Shown one piece after another: positions 9,731 to 20,057 of a stretch of 64,000 nucleotides of DNA (the first letter of the stretch is position 1; each line of letters begins with the position of its first letter). Under the pieces are notes generated by a model, which was not told where the DNA came from, ran no database searches, and saw nothing but the letters and a program-made list of their open reading frames with translations. The stretch covers positions 6,925 through 70,924 of the forward strand of contig CAUSPY010000003.1 of assembly GCA_963533665.1 (NCBI GenBank), given 5' to 3'. Position numbers and translations under genes: made by a program. The stretch comes from an uncultured Candidatus Saccharibacteria bacterium. GTDB taxonomy: Bacteria; Patescibacteriota; Saccharimonadia; Saccharimonadales; Saccharimonadaceae.

Positions 9731-9793
9731 TCTATATGTTCCTTTTGGGTTACCTAGCTTTATTATATGATAATATCACACTAAATAATTTTG

Positions 9794-11149
9794 TCAAATC
9801 AGCTTTTCTACCGCCGCCACGAACTGTTCGCCGCGATCATTATAGCTCTTAAACATATCGAAGCTAGCGGCGGCCGGGCTGAGAATCACCACATCGCCAG
9901 GTTGTGCTTGATTTGCTACCGCTTCGACGACTGTCGGCATCGCCGCCATTTCCAGCTGGACAACCTGGCAAGAAACCTTATTTTTATGCAAAATTTCGAT
10001 AATTTCACTAGCATTAGCGCCGTTGACAATCACCGCTCGCATTTGCTGCCTGGCGATTTCCTGCGCTAATTCCTCGTAGTTCGCACCCTTGTCAGATCCG
10101 CCCAAAATCAAAACTTTTGGCTCCGTGAAGGCTTTTAACGCGGCGATAGCACTGCCCGGCGTGGTCGAAATGCTATCGTCGTAATATTTCACGCCGTTTT
10201 TCTCAGCGACGAATTTCAAACGGTGCGGCAATCCTGTAAAACTCTCCAGTCCAACAGCAAATTGCTCATCAGTCACGTTGATCGGCAACTCCGTCACCGC
10301 GCTCATCGCCGCACAGGCATTCTCTAGATTATGTGCGCCCGGCAACCGCAAATGACTGGTACTGCAAATCTGCCGATTTTGCACGCAAAAGTAGCCGTCC
10401 TGAACATAAACTTGGTCATCGTCAGGAATAGCGTAGCGCTGCGCGAAATTTAGCACATCGCCATGGTCGTCGCCCGTATCTAGTAGCCTATCAAGCGGCG
10501 CAGCGGCCACTTCCCGCGAATATTTATTCGTCGGGTGATATAAACAGACATCGCCAAGATGCTGGTGGCAGCGAATGTTTTTCTTAGCATTGAGGTAGTC
10601 GGCGAAATCCGTATGAACATTCAGATGATCCGGCTCGATCATCAGCACCACCGCAATATGCGGCGATTTTTCTAGATCCCACAGCTGAAAGCTGGACAAT
10701 TCGTAAACAACAATGTCGGTTTTTTTAATCTTCGGCAGGATATCCAACGCTGGCACGCCGATGTTGCCGACCAAGTGTACCGTTTGACCGGCCGCCTGCA
10801 AGATTGCCGCAATTAGACTGCACGTCGTCCCCTTGCCCTTCGTCCCTGTCACACCGATAATCGGCGTTGGACACTTGTCGAAAAACTCGTTGGTCGCCGA
10901 CCAAATTTTACCGCTGGTCTTGATATTACGCGGCGGCAAGCTGGCTGTCCGCACCACCAAATCAGCATCGCTCAGCTGTTCGCTGAAGACGTTTTTGCCA
11001 AAAATCAGCTTCACGCCATCCGGAATCACCGGCAGTTTATCCGCTGGCCGCTCATCCGCCACCACAAACTCAGCATCCGGAAACTTCCGCCGGAAATATA
11101 CCAAATTTGACATACCTTCTACGCCGTAACCAGCGATAATGATCTTCAT
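9794..11149 (-). CDS. murD: UDP-N-acetylmuramoylalanine--D-glutamate ligase
   Basis: Mur ligase P-loop 'GVTGTKGKGTT' and N-terminal Rossmann 'KIIIAGYGVEG'. The ATG at 11149 follows TGCTATACT by 6 nt. The track start at 11155 is a GTG. Confidence 0.8.
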   Translation of the reverse strand: MKIIIAGYGVEGMSNLVYFRRKFPDAEFVVADERPADKLPVIPDGVKLIFGKNVFSEQLSDADLVVRTASLPPRNIKTSGKIWSATNEFFDKCPTPIIGVTGTKGKGTTCSLIAAILQAAGQTVHLVGNIGVPALDILPKIKKTDIVVYELSSFQLWDLEKSPHIAVVLMIEPDHLNVHTDFADYLNAKKNIRCHQHLGDVCLYHPTNKYSREVAAAPLDRLLDTGDDHGDVLNFAQRYAIPDDDQVYVQDGYFCVQNRQICSTSHLRLPGAHNLENACAAMSAVTELPINVTDEQFAVGLESFTGLPHRLKFVAEKNGVKYYDDSISTTPGSAIAALKAFTEPKVLILGGSDKGANYEELAQEIARQQMRAVIVNGANASEIIEILHKNKVSCQVVQLEMAAMPTVVEAVANQAQPGDVVILSPAAASFDMFKSYNDRGEQFVAAVEKLI

Positions 11150-11232
11150 GTTCACAGTATAGCATGAGACGAACTAGCCATAAACACACCCTAAACTTGA
11201 CTTATTTCATATACTATGCTACTATTCAAGGC

Positions 11233-11514
11233 ATGAGTGAACAATTTATTACCCCCACACAACCAGAAGACAAACTAGAAGACACACCTGGCAACAGCGA
11301 TTGGGATACAGTTGCTGGCGTCGTAAGTAGAGAAGTCGGAGCTAGCAAAGGTTTGGCGATTGATTATGACACTCTACCATTAACTCATGAAGCTATGGGA
11401 TTGCCGTCTCCAGAAAAAAAAGAAGAAACAAGTCCAGATTCAGCAACGGATTCAACACCGCAAGGAGCTGTTGACCTGCCGTCAAAATTAGATTCTGATA
11501 ATAAACAGGTTTAG
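11233..11514 (+). CDS. Hypothetical acidic low-complexity protein (doubtful)
   Basis: ORF only. The composition is Pro/Glu/Asp/Ser-rich and the SD is weak. It overlaps the M16 gene remnant on the other strand. Confidence 0.3.
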   Translation: MSEQFITPTQPEDKLEDTPGNSDWDTVAGVVSREVGASKGLAIDYDTLPLTHEAMGLPSPEKKEETSPDSATDSTPQGAVDLPSKLDSDNKQV

Positions 11515-11613
11515 AATTTGCGCCACCGTTTGCGCGCCCATTTGATAGCGTCCCAGGGCGTAAGACTTGGCAGCCTCGCTATCGTCGACAAATAACAATA
11601 AATTATTAGCCAT
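11488..11613 (-). pseudogene. Remnant copy of an internal fragment of the adjacent M16 peptidase gene
   Basis: 11515-11589 matches 11884-11958 at 67 of 75 positions by hand alignment. It translates to 'VDDSEAAKSYALGRYQMGAQTVAQI' versus 'AEDIEAAKSYALGRYQMGAQTVAQI' in the intact gene. It sits in a 41-codon ORF with no SD. Confidence 0.6.
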
Positions 11614-11673
11614 AAGGAAGTTTTACAAAAAACATATCAAATTTGATATGTTTTTTGTGTATTATTAGTCATT

Positions 11674-12951
11674 CTAACCCAGCACAGCCAGCTTCTCCTG
11701 AAGCCGCAGCAGCAGATCTCTGTCGCCAGAGCTTACGCCAGCGAGGACGCGGACGTCTGAGTCGAGGAATTCTCTGGCTACTTGGATTATCTTCTCAGCG
11801 GTAATTGCCAAAATTGCCGCCGGCACGCCAGCATAATCTTTGACAAAATCGTCAGAAAAATAGCGCCGGGTATAAAAATTACTAATTTGCGCCACCGTTT
11901 GCGCGCCCATTTGGTAACGCCCCAGGGCGTACGACTTGGCAGCCTCAATATCCTCGGCAGCGATATCGCCGTTTAACACTTTTTTCAGCTCGCGCACGAT
12001 GATGTCAAATAACACCTCCGCGGTCTCCAAATTGACTTGCCCGCCAAAATCCCACGACGAATCATAAAATCCGACCGAAGTATCGCTAAACATTCCATAC
12101 ACCAAGCCTTTCTTACGGGCCATACCCAGAATCCGCGAACTCAGCGTTCCGGTTAAAATATGGTTCAGGCAGCCCATAGCATCCGACTCCTCGTTAGTTA
12201 GCTCGCGCGGCAGGCTTATTGACCAGCCAAAGTTCAAATTCGACGCTTCTTTACGGCGAATTAACAGAGGCCGCGCGCCGTGCAGCTCATCGCGCGGAAT
12301 CGCAAATCGTTCGCCGGATTCCAATTGCCATTGCTCTAAAAAATCCTTAATAGCAGTCTTGCGGCCAGCCATTTTTCCAGCAATCACAAACCGCATATTA
12401 TTAAGTGTATGCGTTCGCCGATGATGCTCCTTAATATCTTTTATCGTTACGTTGTCCATTTTTTTCAGGCGCTGGCTATCTGTCAAAATATCCTCGCCCA
12501 AAGCCTGCTGCACCCGCAACCATAATACGCGGCTGTGATTATTCAAATAGCCGGTTAATTCCGAGCGAACATTGCCCTTCTCCGCCTCAAACGAGTCACT
12601 AGTAAACCGCGGCGTGACAATCGCCAGCCGCTGCAATTCCAAAATCCGATCCCACTCAAAATCTGCGCAAACCGCCTCGTACACCATGGAATAATCAGAG
12701 GTATAGGCATTGTGATAGGCGCCGTTCTTTATAAATTCCTGCTCGTAGGCATGCTCCGAACGAAATTTCTCGTTTGCACCAAAAGCCATATGCTCCATCA
12801 AATGTGCCGTTTCATAAATCTCCTTATCCCGCACGTAGCGGTCGCCTGCCCGAAACTGTACCTGAAAACTCATTACCGTGGCGTCTGGGACGTCGATTAA
12901 CAGACCGCGCGCACCATTCTTCAGTTTAACTTCCTCAACTGTATGCTTCAT
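11674..12951 (-). CDS. M16 family (insulinase/pitrilysin-like) zinc peptidase
   Basis: Inverted zinc motif HxxEH in 'TAHLMEHMAF', and the length and layout are typical of M16B. Confidence 0.85.
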   Translation of the reverse strand: MKHTVEEVKLKNGARGLLIDVPDATVMSFQVQFRAGDRYVRDKEIYETAHLMEHMAFGANEKFRSEHAYEQEFIKNGAYHNAYTSDYSMVYEAVCADFEWDRILELQRLAIVTPRFTSDSFEAEKGNVRSELTGYLNNHSRVLWLRVQQALGEDILTDSQRLKKMDNVTIKDIKEHHRRTHTLNNMRFVIAGKMAGRKTAIKDFLEQWQLESGERFAIPRDELHGARPLLIRRKEASNLNFGWSISLPRELTNEESDAMGCLNHILTGTLSSRILGMARKKGLVYGMFSDTSVGFYDSSWDFGGQVNLETAEVLFDIIVRELKKVLNGDIAAEDIEAAKSYALGRYQMGAQTVAQISNFYTRRYFSDDFVKDYAGVPAAILAITAEKIIQVAREFLDSDVRVLAGVSSGDRDLLLRLQEKLAVLG

Positions 12952-12983
12952 CTATTCTGCTCCTTAATTGTCTATTGCCTGAA

Positions 12984-15614
12984 TTATCTGCGATGTTTTT
13001 TACGATTTTGACGCTGAGCTTTCTTTTTCTTGCGTGCTTGGTTCTTAGCGCGGTTTGATTCGGCGCTTGATTTGCCCTTTTTCACTGAAAAGTCATCGTC
13101 GCGATTTTCCTCGCCCGCACCAAGTTCATTAACGCCGCGTTCCACCGCGTTCTCTGCCAAACGCGTCAACTCCGTGTCATATTCATCATCCTGCGACTGG
13201 CGAACCACCGCATCGGCCTCATGAATATTGAAGATAACCGTCAAAACTTCATCGCGCAAATTAGCCTGCAAGCTTTCGAACAACTTTTGCGACTCCGAAC
13301 GATATTCCACCAACGGATCGCGCTGCCCAACGCTGCGCCAGTGAATACCCTCGCGCAGGTGCTGCATATTCTCCAAGTGCTGCATCCACAAGGTATCCAG
13401 CACCGCCATATAAACCTCGCGCTCCACGCCGCGCAAATTATCCGCGCCAATTTCAGACTCTTTCGCCGCATACGACTCTTCAGCCAGCTTCAGCGCCTTT
13501 TCATAGCGCAGCCTATCTTTCTTTTCTTTGCCAATTTTCGAAATTTTTGCTTCGTCAACTGGGAAAGTAGCTATAAAATCTTCTACAAACTTCGGATTAT
13601 TCTTAGTTGGCAGCGCTGCCAATTCATGAACTTTCGCTCGCAGTAAGCGCTCAATCTCCGGCTTAATGTTATCGCCTTCCAGGATCTTGCGGCGCATGAC
13701 ATACACCACGCGGCGGTGGCGATTAATCACGTTGTCATACTGAACAACACTTTTGCGCGTATCGAAATTGTAGCCCTCGACGCGTTTCTGGGCTGCTTCC
13801 AACGTCTTTGACACGGCGCGGTTTTGGATTGGCGTTTCTTCATCTACGCCCAGCCGGTCCATCAGCGCGGCGATGCGCTCGCCCTGGAAAATTCGCATCA
13901 AATCATCCTCGGTCGATACATAGAACTGCGTCTCGCCCGGGTCGCCCTGACGACCGCCGCGACCGCGCAGCTGATTGTCGATGCGTCGTGATTCGTGCCG
14001 CTCTGAGCCGATCACCACCAGGCCGCCTAACTTCTTGACACCCTTGCCCAGCTTGATGTCGGTACCGCGTCCGGCAATATTTGTCGCCAGCGTGATGGCG
14101 CCCTTTTCACCGGCCTTCTCGATGATAGCCGCCTCGCGCTCATTGTTCTTAGCGTTCAAAATCTCAAATTTGATACCCTCTTTTTCCAGATATTTGGCAA
14201 TCTGCTCGTTCTTGGCAATCGAGCCAGAACCAACCAGCACTGGCCGGCCCTGCTTGTGATAATCCTTAATAGCTTCGGCGACTGCCTTCAGCTTGCCCTT
14301 TTCGGTCTTGAAAATCAGGTCTTCTTTGTCGTCGCGAATCACTGGCTTGTTCGGCGGAATCTGAATGACGTCCAGTGAATAAATTTGTTGAAACTCCTCA
14401 GCTTCAGTGAACGCCGTACCAGTCATACCACTCAATTTATTGTACAAACGAAAATAATTCTGGAACGAAATAGTCGCCAGCGTCATGCTTTCTTCCAGTA
14501 CCGGCACGCCTTCTTTGGCCTCAATAGCCTGGTGCAAGCCCTCGTTGTAACGACGTCCTTGCATCAAACGACCGGTGTGCTCATCGACGATAATTACCTC
14601 GCCGTCATTAGTCACTACGTAATCTTTGTCACGCTTGAACAATGTTTGTGCTCGCAATGCCTGATCCATATGGTAAACGCTGCGCACGTGGTCTGGAGTG
14701 TACAAATTTTTTATTCCCAGCAGTTTTTGGACTTTTTCCACACCCTCGTCGGTCAAGGCCACGCTGCGGCGCTTTTCATCCAAAACATAGTCCTCTGGCA
14801 CTAATTTGCTGGCAACCTTGGCGAAGGTGTAATAGTTGTCCGGGTTCTCCGCCGCTGGCGCCGAGATGATGAGCGGCGTTCGTGCTTCGTCGATTAGAAT
14901 GGAGTCCACCTCGTCAACGATGGCAAAGTTCAGTTCGCGCTGCCTGAGCAAATCAACGTCGTTCACCATGTTGTCGCGCAGATAGTCAAAACCAAACTCG
15001 TTGTTAGTGCCATAGGTAATGTCCGCCGCGTAAGCTTCCTTACGAGTGACCGGACGGAGCTTGCGCATGCGCGGATCGTCGTGATGCTCATTATCGTAAT
15101 CTTTATCATAGACAAATGATGCTTCGTTAATGATCACACCCGTCGTCAAACCCAAAAAGTCATACACCTGACCCATCCAACCGGCGTCACGCTGCGCCAG
15201 GTAGTCGTTGACAGTCACCACGTGAACACCCTTGCCTTCCAGCGCATTGAGATAGGTCGGCAGCGTCGCCACCAGGGTCTTACCCTCACCAGTCTTCATC
15301 TCGGCCACATTGCCCTCATGAAGAACCATGCCACCGATTAGCTGGACATCGTACGGACGCTCGCCGATGACGCGCTTGGCAGCCTCACGTACCACTGCAA
15401 AGGCATCCGGTAAAATCGTGTCCAGCGTTACATTTTTCTTCGTCAGACGCTTTTTCAGTGTCTCTGTCTGCGCCTGCAGCTCTTTGTCTGACAGTTTTTC
15501 ATATTTTTCAGACAGACCGTTAATTACGTCAACTTGCTTCTGCAGCCGCTTCAAAATCTTCTTCTGCGGATCGCCAAAAATCTTACTCAGCGCCTTTTGT
15601 TGTGTCATTGCCAT
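12984..15614 (-). CDS. secA: Preprotein translocase ATPase SecA
   Basis: 'MKTGEGKTLVA', 'DEVDSILIDEARTPLIIS' and 'TNIAGRGTDIKLG'. The C-terminal tail is basic. Confidence 0.97.
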   Translation of the reverse strand: MAMTQQKALSKIFGDPQKKILKRLQKQVDVINGLSEKYEKLSDKELQAQTETLKKRLTKKNVTLDTILPDAFAVVREAAKRVIGERPYDVQLIGGMVLHEGNVAEMKTGEGKTLVATLPTYLNALEGKGVHVVTVNDYLAQRDAGWMGQVYDFLGLTTGVIINEASFVYDKDYDNEHHDDPRMRKLRPVTRKEAYAADITYGTNNEFGFDYLRDNMVNDVDLLRQRELNFAIVDEVDSILIDEARTPLIISAPAAENPDNYYTFAKVASKLVPEDYVLDEKRRSVALTDEGVEKVQKLLGIKNLYTPDHVRSVYHMDQALRAQTLFKRDKDYVVTNDGEVIIVDEHTGRLMQGRRYNEGLHQAIEAKEGVPVLEESMTLATISFQNYFRLYNKLSGMTGTAFTEAEEFQQIYSLDVIQIPPNKPVIRDDKEDLIFKTEKGKLKAVAEAIKDYHKQGRPVLVGSGSIAKNEQIAKYLEKEGIKFEILNAKNNEREAAIIEKAGEKGAITLATNIAGRGTDIKLGKGVKKLGGLVVIGSERHESRRIDNQLRGRGGRQGDPGETQFYVSTEDDLMRIFQGERIAALMDRLGVDEETPIQNRAVSKTLEAAQKRVEGYNFDTRKSVVQYDNVINRHRRVVYVMRRKILEGDNIKPEIERLLRAKVHELAALPTKNNPKFVEDFIATFPVDEAKISKIGKEKKDRLRYEKALKLAEESYAAKESEIGADNLRGVEREVYMAVLDTLWMQHLENMQHLREGIHWRSVGQRDPLVEYRSESQKLFESLQANLRDEVLTVIFNIHEADAVVRQSQDDEYDTELTRLAENAVERGVNELGAGEENRDDDFSVKKGKSSAESNRAKNQARKKKKAQRQNRKKHRR

Positions 15615-15686
15615 AAACTCAAAACTCCCTCACTTTCAGGCATTTTCAAAAACTGTATATTATTATAGCGTTTTCTGAACAATTTG

Positions 15687-15716
15687 AAAAGAAAAAGCGC
15701 CCAGAAAGTGAGCGCT
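15687..15716 (-). terminator. Rho-independent terminator downstream of hpf
   Basis: The minus strand reads agcgctca-ctttc-tgggcgct (8-bp stem with one G-U pair), followed by ttttctttt. Confidence 0.55.
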
Positions 15717-15738
15717 TCATGCCAACTTCAGGTATAAA

Positions 15739-16110
15739 TTATTTCCGACTCAATCCTCGCTTCAACTTAGCCAAAACTCCGCGGCTGCTGCCGACATGCG
15801 TCAACACATCGTCCTTATACTTTCTCACCTGTCCGTTCAGCTTCGCCTCAACGATATCCACTGCCGCTAAAACGTTCATTGTCGAATCTTTGGCAGTAAT
15901 TTTCTTATCTGGCACGTTAATGATCACTTCAACCTCGTACTTGTTGCCGCCAGGGTTATCAATCTGCTTAATCTTCACGTCAGCGGTCGCGCTCTTGCGG
16001 GCATGCCGCGGCAAATATTTGTCCAGCGCGCCAATTTTTCGCTCGACATATTTCTTCGTCGTATCTGTCAATTCGTATTTGACGCCGGTAATGGTAATAT
16101 TTTTAATCAT
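15739..16110 (-). CDS. hpf: Ribosome hibernation/associated factor (HPF/RaiA family)
   Basis: 'MIKNITITGVKYELTDTTKKYVERKIGALDKY' is a typical family N-terminus. The SD aaaggagg lies upstream. Confidence 0.85.
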   Translation of the reverse strand: MIKNITITGVKYELTDTTKKYVERKIGALDKYLPRHARKSATADVKIKQIDNPGGNKYEVEVIINVPDKKITAKDSTMNVLAAVDIVEAKLNGQVRKYKDDVLTHVGSSRGVLAKLKRGLSRK

Positions 16111-16124
16111 GATTCCTCCTTTTA

Positions 16125-16553
16125 CTACGCAAGTGTAACATTCTCATGTTTTGCTATTTTTAGCAATTCTTCGTGCATTATAGTTATTTTATCCTCAGTG
16201 CTTAGCTTTTCAAAATTCTTGCTCACCAAGGTACGGTTTGGTTTTTTGTAAATTACGGCGTATATTTCCTTAATGTCATTTGTCAGCGCTTCAACCTGCC
16301 ACTCAAGCGTATCAAGACGGTCTTTTACGCCGTGCATATCTTGCTTCAAAGCGCTAACATCTTGCTTCAAAATACACACGTCCGATTCGAGAGACTCCAA
16401 TCTCTTTTCAACCGAACCAAGCCTATCCTCGATCCTGTTTAAACGCTCGCCGTGCTCGTCAAATCGCGGCAAAACAACGGCTTCCAAGGCTTCGACTACG
16501 CCATCGGCGATCGCGCCCTTGATCCACTGCTTGTCGTCATTAGTTAGCGCCAT
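16125..16553 (-). CDS. Hypothetical coiled-coil protein
   Basis: Heptad-rich region 'LESLESDVCILKQDVSALKQDMHGVKDRLDTLEWQVEALTNDIKE'. The SD aggaggg lies upstream. No family recognised. Confidence 0.5.
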   Translation of the reverse strand: MALTNDDKQWIKGAIADGVVEALEAVVLPRFDEHGERLNRIEDRLGSVEKRLESLESDVCILKQDVSALKQDMHGVKDRLDTLEWQVEALTNDIKEIYAVIYKKPNRTLVSKNFEKLSTEDKITIMHEELLKIAKHENVTLA

Positions 16554-16571
16554 ATACCCTCCTAATACCTA

Positions 16572-17813
16572 TTATATCACCTCGCGGCCATTCATATACG
16601 GGCGAAGTACTTCCGGCACCGTCAAACTGCCATCTTCGTTTTGGAAATTTTCCAAAATCACCACCAATGACCGCGCCAGTGATACCGCCGTACCGTTCAG
16701 AGTATGAACCGACTCGATGTTACCGTTCGCCCGTCGCACGCGAATATTCAAACCGCGCGCTTGATAATCCGTACAATTCGAACAGCTGGTCAACTCGCGG
16801 TACGTCTCATCAACTGGCGACCAGTACTCAATGTCGTATTTCTTGGCAGCCGGCGCACCCAAGTCGCCCGCCGCGATATTCACTACATGATACGAAATAC
16901 CGATTTGCTGCCACAACGCTTCCTCGACGCTGAGGATTTTTTCATGAATTTCCTTAGACTGTTCCGGCAGACAAAACGCGTACATTTCCAATTTATTGAA
17001 TTGATGTACTCGAAATAATCCGCGCGTGTGCTTGCCGTACGTTCCCGCTTCCTTGCGGTAGCATGGGCTATACCCAGCGTAGAGCAGCGGCAAATCTTTC
17101 TCGTCCAAAATCTCATCAGCGTGGTAGCCAGTCAGCGGCATTTCCGCCGTCCCAATCAGCGTCAAATCCTCGCCCTCGACCACGTATTCATTACTGCCCT
17201 CGCCCTTCGGCGTAAAGCCAGCGCCCTCAGCCGTGCGTAAATTCACCATGTGCGGCACAGTCATGAACGTAAAGCCTTGTTGCATGACATAATCCAGCGC
17301 AAATTGCGTGACGGCATTTTCCAGCAGCGCTAAGTCGCCCTTAAGGTAATAAAACTTAGCACCAGCTACTTTCGCACCGCGCTCAAAGTCAACCCAGTCA
17401 CGACTAACGGCATAATCCAGATGATCCTTAGCGCCCGTTTTATGCTTGCCGTAAGCCTTTACCTCAACCGAATCTTCCTCGCCGCCAAGCGGCACGTCGT
17501 CAAAGGTGATGTTCGGCACATTTTTCAGAATTGCGGCTACTTTTTCCTCGGTGGATTTTAAGTAGCCTTCACGCTCTGCCAGCTCAATTTTCAGCTGTTT
17601 TCCTTGGTCGATCAGCTCCTGATCCGGGCGGCCGCCCTTCATCTTCGCCGAAATTGCATTCCGCTGCTCGCGCAACGCCTCAACTTGTTTTTGCAGGTCC
17701 CGGCGCTCGTCATCTAATTGCAACATTGTTGCAATATCGACCGCATACCCCTTGTCATTTGCCGACTTTTGCACCAAATCAGCATTTTCTCTAATAAATT
17801 TGATATCTAACAT
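16572..17813 (-). CDS. serS: Seryl-tRNA synthetase
   Basis: N-terminal coiled-coil arm plus a class II core ('SPCYRKEAG', 'HTLNGTAVSLARSLVVILENFQ'). Confidence 0.95.
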   Translation of the reverse strand: MLDIKFIRENADLVQKSANDKGYAVDIATMLQLDDERRDLQKQVEALREQRNAISAKMKGGRPDQELIDQGKQLKIELAEREGYLKSTEEKVAAILKNVPNITFDDVPLGGEEDSVEVKAYGKHKTGAKDHLDYAVSRDWVDFERGAKVAGAKFYYLKGDLALLENAVTQFALDYVMQQGFTFMTVPHMVNLRTAEGAGFTPKGEGSNEYVVEGEDLTLIGTAEMPLTGYHADEILDEKDLPLLYAGYSPCYRKEAGTYGKHTRGLFRVHQFNKLEMYAFCLPEQSKEIHEKILSVEEALWQQIGISYHVVNIAAGDLGAPAAKKYDIEYWSPVDETYRELTSCSNCTDYQARGLNIRVRRANGNIESVHTLNGTAVSLARSLVVILENFQNEDGSLTVPEVLRPYMNGREVI

Positions 17814-17838
17814 GTCTTAATTATATAACAACTTCCGC

Positions 17839-18678
17839 TTAAACGTGAGAGATTATCCCTGCGCCAAGCAGCCCTATTATCACCAACCCCAGCACAAATC
17901 GATAAATAATGAACGAACGAAAATTATTACTCTGGATAAACTTCAGCAGCCAGGACACTGCCGCATATCCTACACCGAAAGAAACTACCGTAGCAATGAT
18001 GGTTGACGTCCAACCCACGCCGCCAGAAATGTGCTTATATTTGGTGACGACCTCCAATAGTCCTGCCGCCATCAAAGCTGGAATTCCTAAGAAAAAGCTC
18101 AGCTTAGTGACCGATACGCGGTCAAAACCGCGGAACAAACCAACAGAGATTGTCGCGCCAGAACGGCTGACTCCAGGAATCAGCGACAGACATTGTCCCA
18201 TGCCAATCGCCAGCGTATCCTTCCAGTTCGTCTCGACTTCATTGCGCTTATTTTTTGCCGCCCGATTATCCGCCAGCCACATCACCGCGCTCCAACCGAT
18301 CAGCCCGATCGCCACAAACCACAAGCTCCTCAGCACCGTCTCAACTTCATGCTTAAACAATAAACCGACGACAGCGATAGGAATTGAGCCGATAATAATC
18401 GCCCAGCCGTATTTATAATCAAACTTCCGACGCGCTCGCTTCCACCACAACCCGCACCACCATGCTTGCAGAATCCGCCAAGTATCGCTCCAGAAATAAA
18501 TTACCGCCGCCAGAATTGCCCCAATTTGGATAACCGCCGTAAATGCCACCACGCTCGGATCGTCGATTTTCATCCCCATCAATTTCTCGACAATCGTCAA
18601 ATGTCCAGTCGAAGAAACCGGCAAAAACTCCGTAATTCCTTCAACAATACCAAGGACAATCGCCTGCCACCAAGTCAC
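17839..18678 (-). CDS. uppP: Undecaprenyl-diphosphate phosphatase
   Basis: 'LPVSSTGHL' and 'IPGVSRSGATI' BacA/UppP motifs in a polytopic membrane protein. Confidence 0.9.
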   Translation of the reverse strand: MTWWQAIVLGIVEGITEFLPVSSTGHLTIVEKLMGMKIDDPSVVAFTAVIQIGAILAAVIYFWSDTWRILQAWWCGLWWKRARRKFDYKYGWAIIIGSIPIAVVGLLFKHEVETVLRSLWFVAIGLIGWSAVMWLADNRAAKNKRNEVETNWKDTLAIGMGQCLSLIPGVSRSGATISVGLFRGFDRVSVTKLSFFLGIPALMAAGLLEVVTKYKHISGGVGWTSTIIATVVSFGVGYAAVSWLLKFIQSNNFRSFIIYRFVLGLVIIGLLGAGIISHV

Positions 18679-18725
18679 GCTTAAAAATTACCTTTCATCT
18701 TTCAAGTGTAGCATTAGCAGGACAA

Positions 18726-20057
18726 TCATTCAAATATTGTTTTGGTAGATTCAGCATCAATGTGCATATTTTCCGGTATACCCTCTTCGTAATATGAACG
18801 CGCCGGTCCGTTCACGTTAACGTTAATACTAGCTGGCGCATATATCTTAAAGTTGGCTAACGTGCTAAACACCCGGCAGCCGCCAAAGAACATCGTTCGC
18901 GGACATTCTTCATCGACGGACAATATTAGCCGGTCGCCGTCGCGGCGAGCTTTGATAGTCGGTTTTTTGACGCTTGGCAAGTTCAGATAACTAGCTTCGA
19001 CTCGCAGCTTGTCGGAATCCGTGCGAACCACGCTGCCCATTGCGCCTTCAATTACAATTGATTTAACGCCGTTTGTATCCGGCATTTTAACGTCCATTTT
19101 CCTAGTCAAGTGCTGCGTTTCATAAGAAAATTCCGAGCCAGTCTGCATGCCGAAAATCCCGGCACTTGCCATACTCATAGAAATAACAATTGTCGCTGCA
19201 ATCATCGCGATCATCGACACGCGGTTCATCGTCCACGTAAACACGCTGCGCGCCAGCACCATGCCCAGCACCACCGCAGCAATGCCGCCAATCGCCAGCG
19301 AGAACCATAGTCCCCACGCCCACATTTGCGCGTTCAAGCCATCAAGCAAATTAACTAACGAAACGCCAAATGCCCCACCAACAATCAGCCCAAACAACAC
19401 AGCCAGCGTCATCAAGAAAATCAGCGCGCCGGCAGAGTAGCGGAAAATCTTAGCAACAACCATTGCCCCGCCGCCATCAGTCATCGCCGAAGCTTCATCA
19501 ACTGCCGCTTTTTTTAGCGAAGCCAGAGTCACCGGCTCGCCGCGCATCCGAAGCTTGTCCGACGCCGTTCGCGCTGGCGGCATCGACAGCCACATCACCA
19601 CATAAACCAGCACCGCTGTACCAAATGTCATAAATGGCGAGATAATCGCAATTAACCGCACCCACAGCGGATTGATGTTAAAATACGCCGCCACACCCGC
19701 ACACACGCCGCCGATAATCGCGTTATCTGGATCGCGCATCAATTGTTTCGCTGGCTTATCATCAATATCTTTATCTTCTATCTCGTCAATTGCTTCGCTG
19801 GCATCGTCCGAAAAATCGCGCGGTTCACCCATTTGTTTTTGCACCGCCAGGACATCATCGTTGCCAATCACGCCGTCCTTCGATACGCCGCGCTCCGCCA
19901 AAAGCTCCACCATTCGCGCCTCAATTTCCCGCATAGCCTCTGGCTCGGCATGCATATTTTTTTGAATTGAATTAAGGTATTTCTCCAATGATTTTTTAGC
20001 ATCAATCTCCGCGCTAAACGGCGTTTTCGCCAAATGGATTCTGGTTATTTCTTTCAT
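18726..20057 (-). CDS. PspC-domain membrane protein with an N-terminal helical PadR-partner-like segment and a C-terminal beta-rich (toastrack-like) domain
   Basis: PspC core 'AIIGGVCAGVAAYFNINPLWVRLIAIISPF...VYVVMWLSMP' followed by several TMs. The N-terminus resembles DUF1700/HAAS-type segments (from memory). The start overlaps the PadR stop by 4 nt. Confidence 0.7.
   Translation of the reverse strand: MKEITRIHLAKTPFSAEIDAKKSLEKYLNSIQKNMHAEPEAMREIEARMVELLAERGVSKDGVIGNDDVLAVQKQMGEPRDFSDDASEAIDEIEDKDIDDKPAKQLMRDPDNAIIGGVCAGVAAYFNINPLWVRLIAIISPFMTFGTAVLVYVVMWLSMPPARTASDKLRMRGEPVTLASLKKAAVDEASAMTDGGGAMVVAKIFRYSAGALIFLMTLAVLFGLIVGGAFGVSLVNLLDGLNAQMWAWGLWFSLAIGGIAAVVLGMVLARSVFTWTMNRVSMIAMIAATIVISMSMASAGIFGMQTGSEFSYETQHLTRKMDVKMPDTNGVKSIVIEGAMGSVVRTDSDKLRVEASYLNLPSVKKPTIKARRDGDRLILSVDEECPRTMFFGGCRVFSTLANFKIYAPASINVNVNGPARSYYEEGIPENMHIDAESTKTIFE

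Noticed and set aside
16554-17838. I searched for T-box or other long leaders upstream of the aminoacyl-tRNA synthetase genes serS, lysS, proS and ileS.
   Set aside because: The upstream spacers are only about 10-75 nt, too short for a T-box. serS and lysS look leaderless, while proS and ileS have only an SD.
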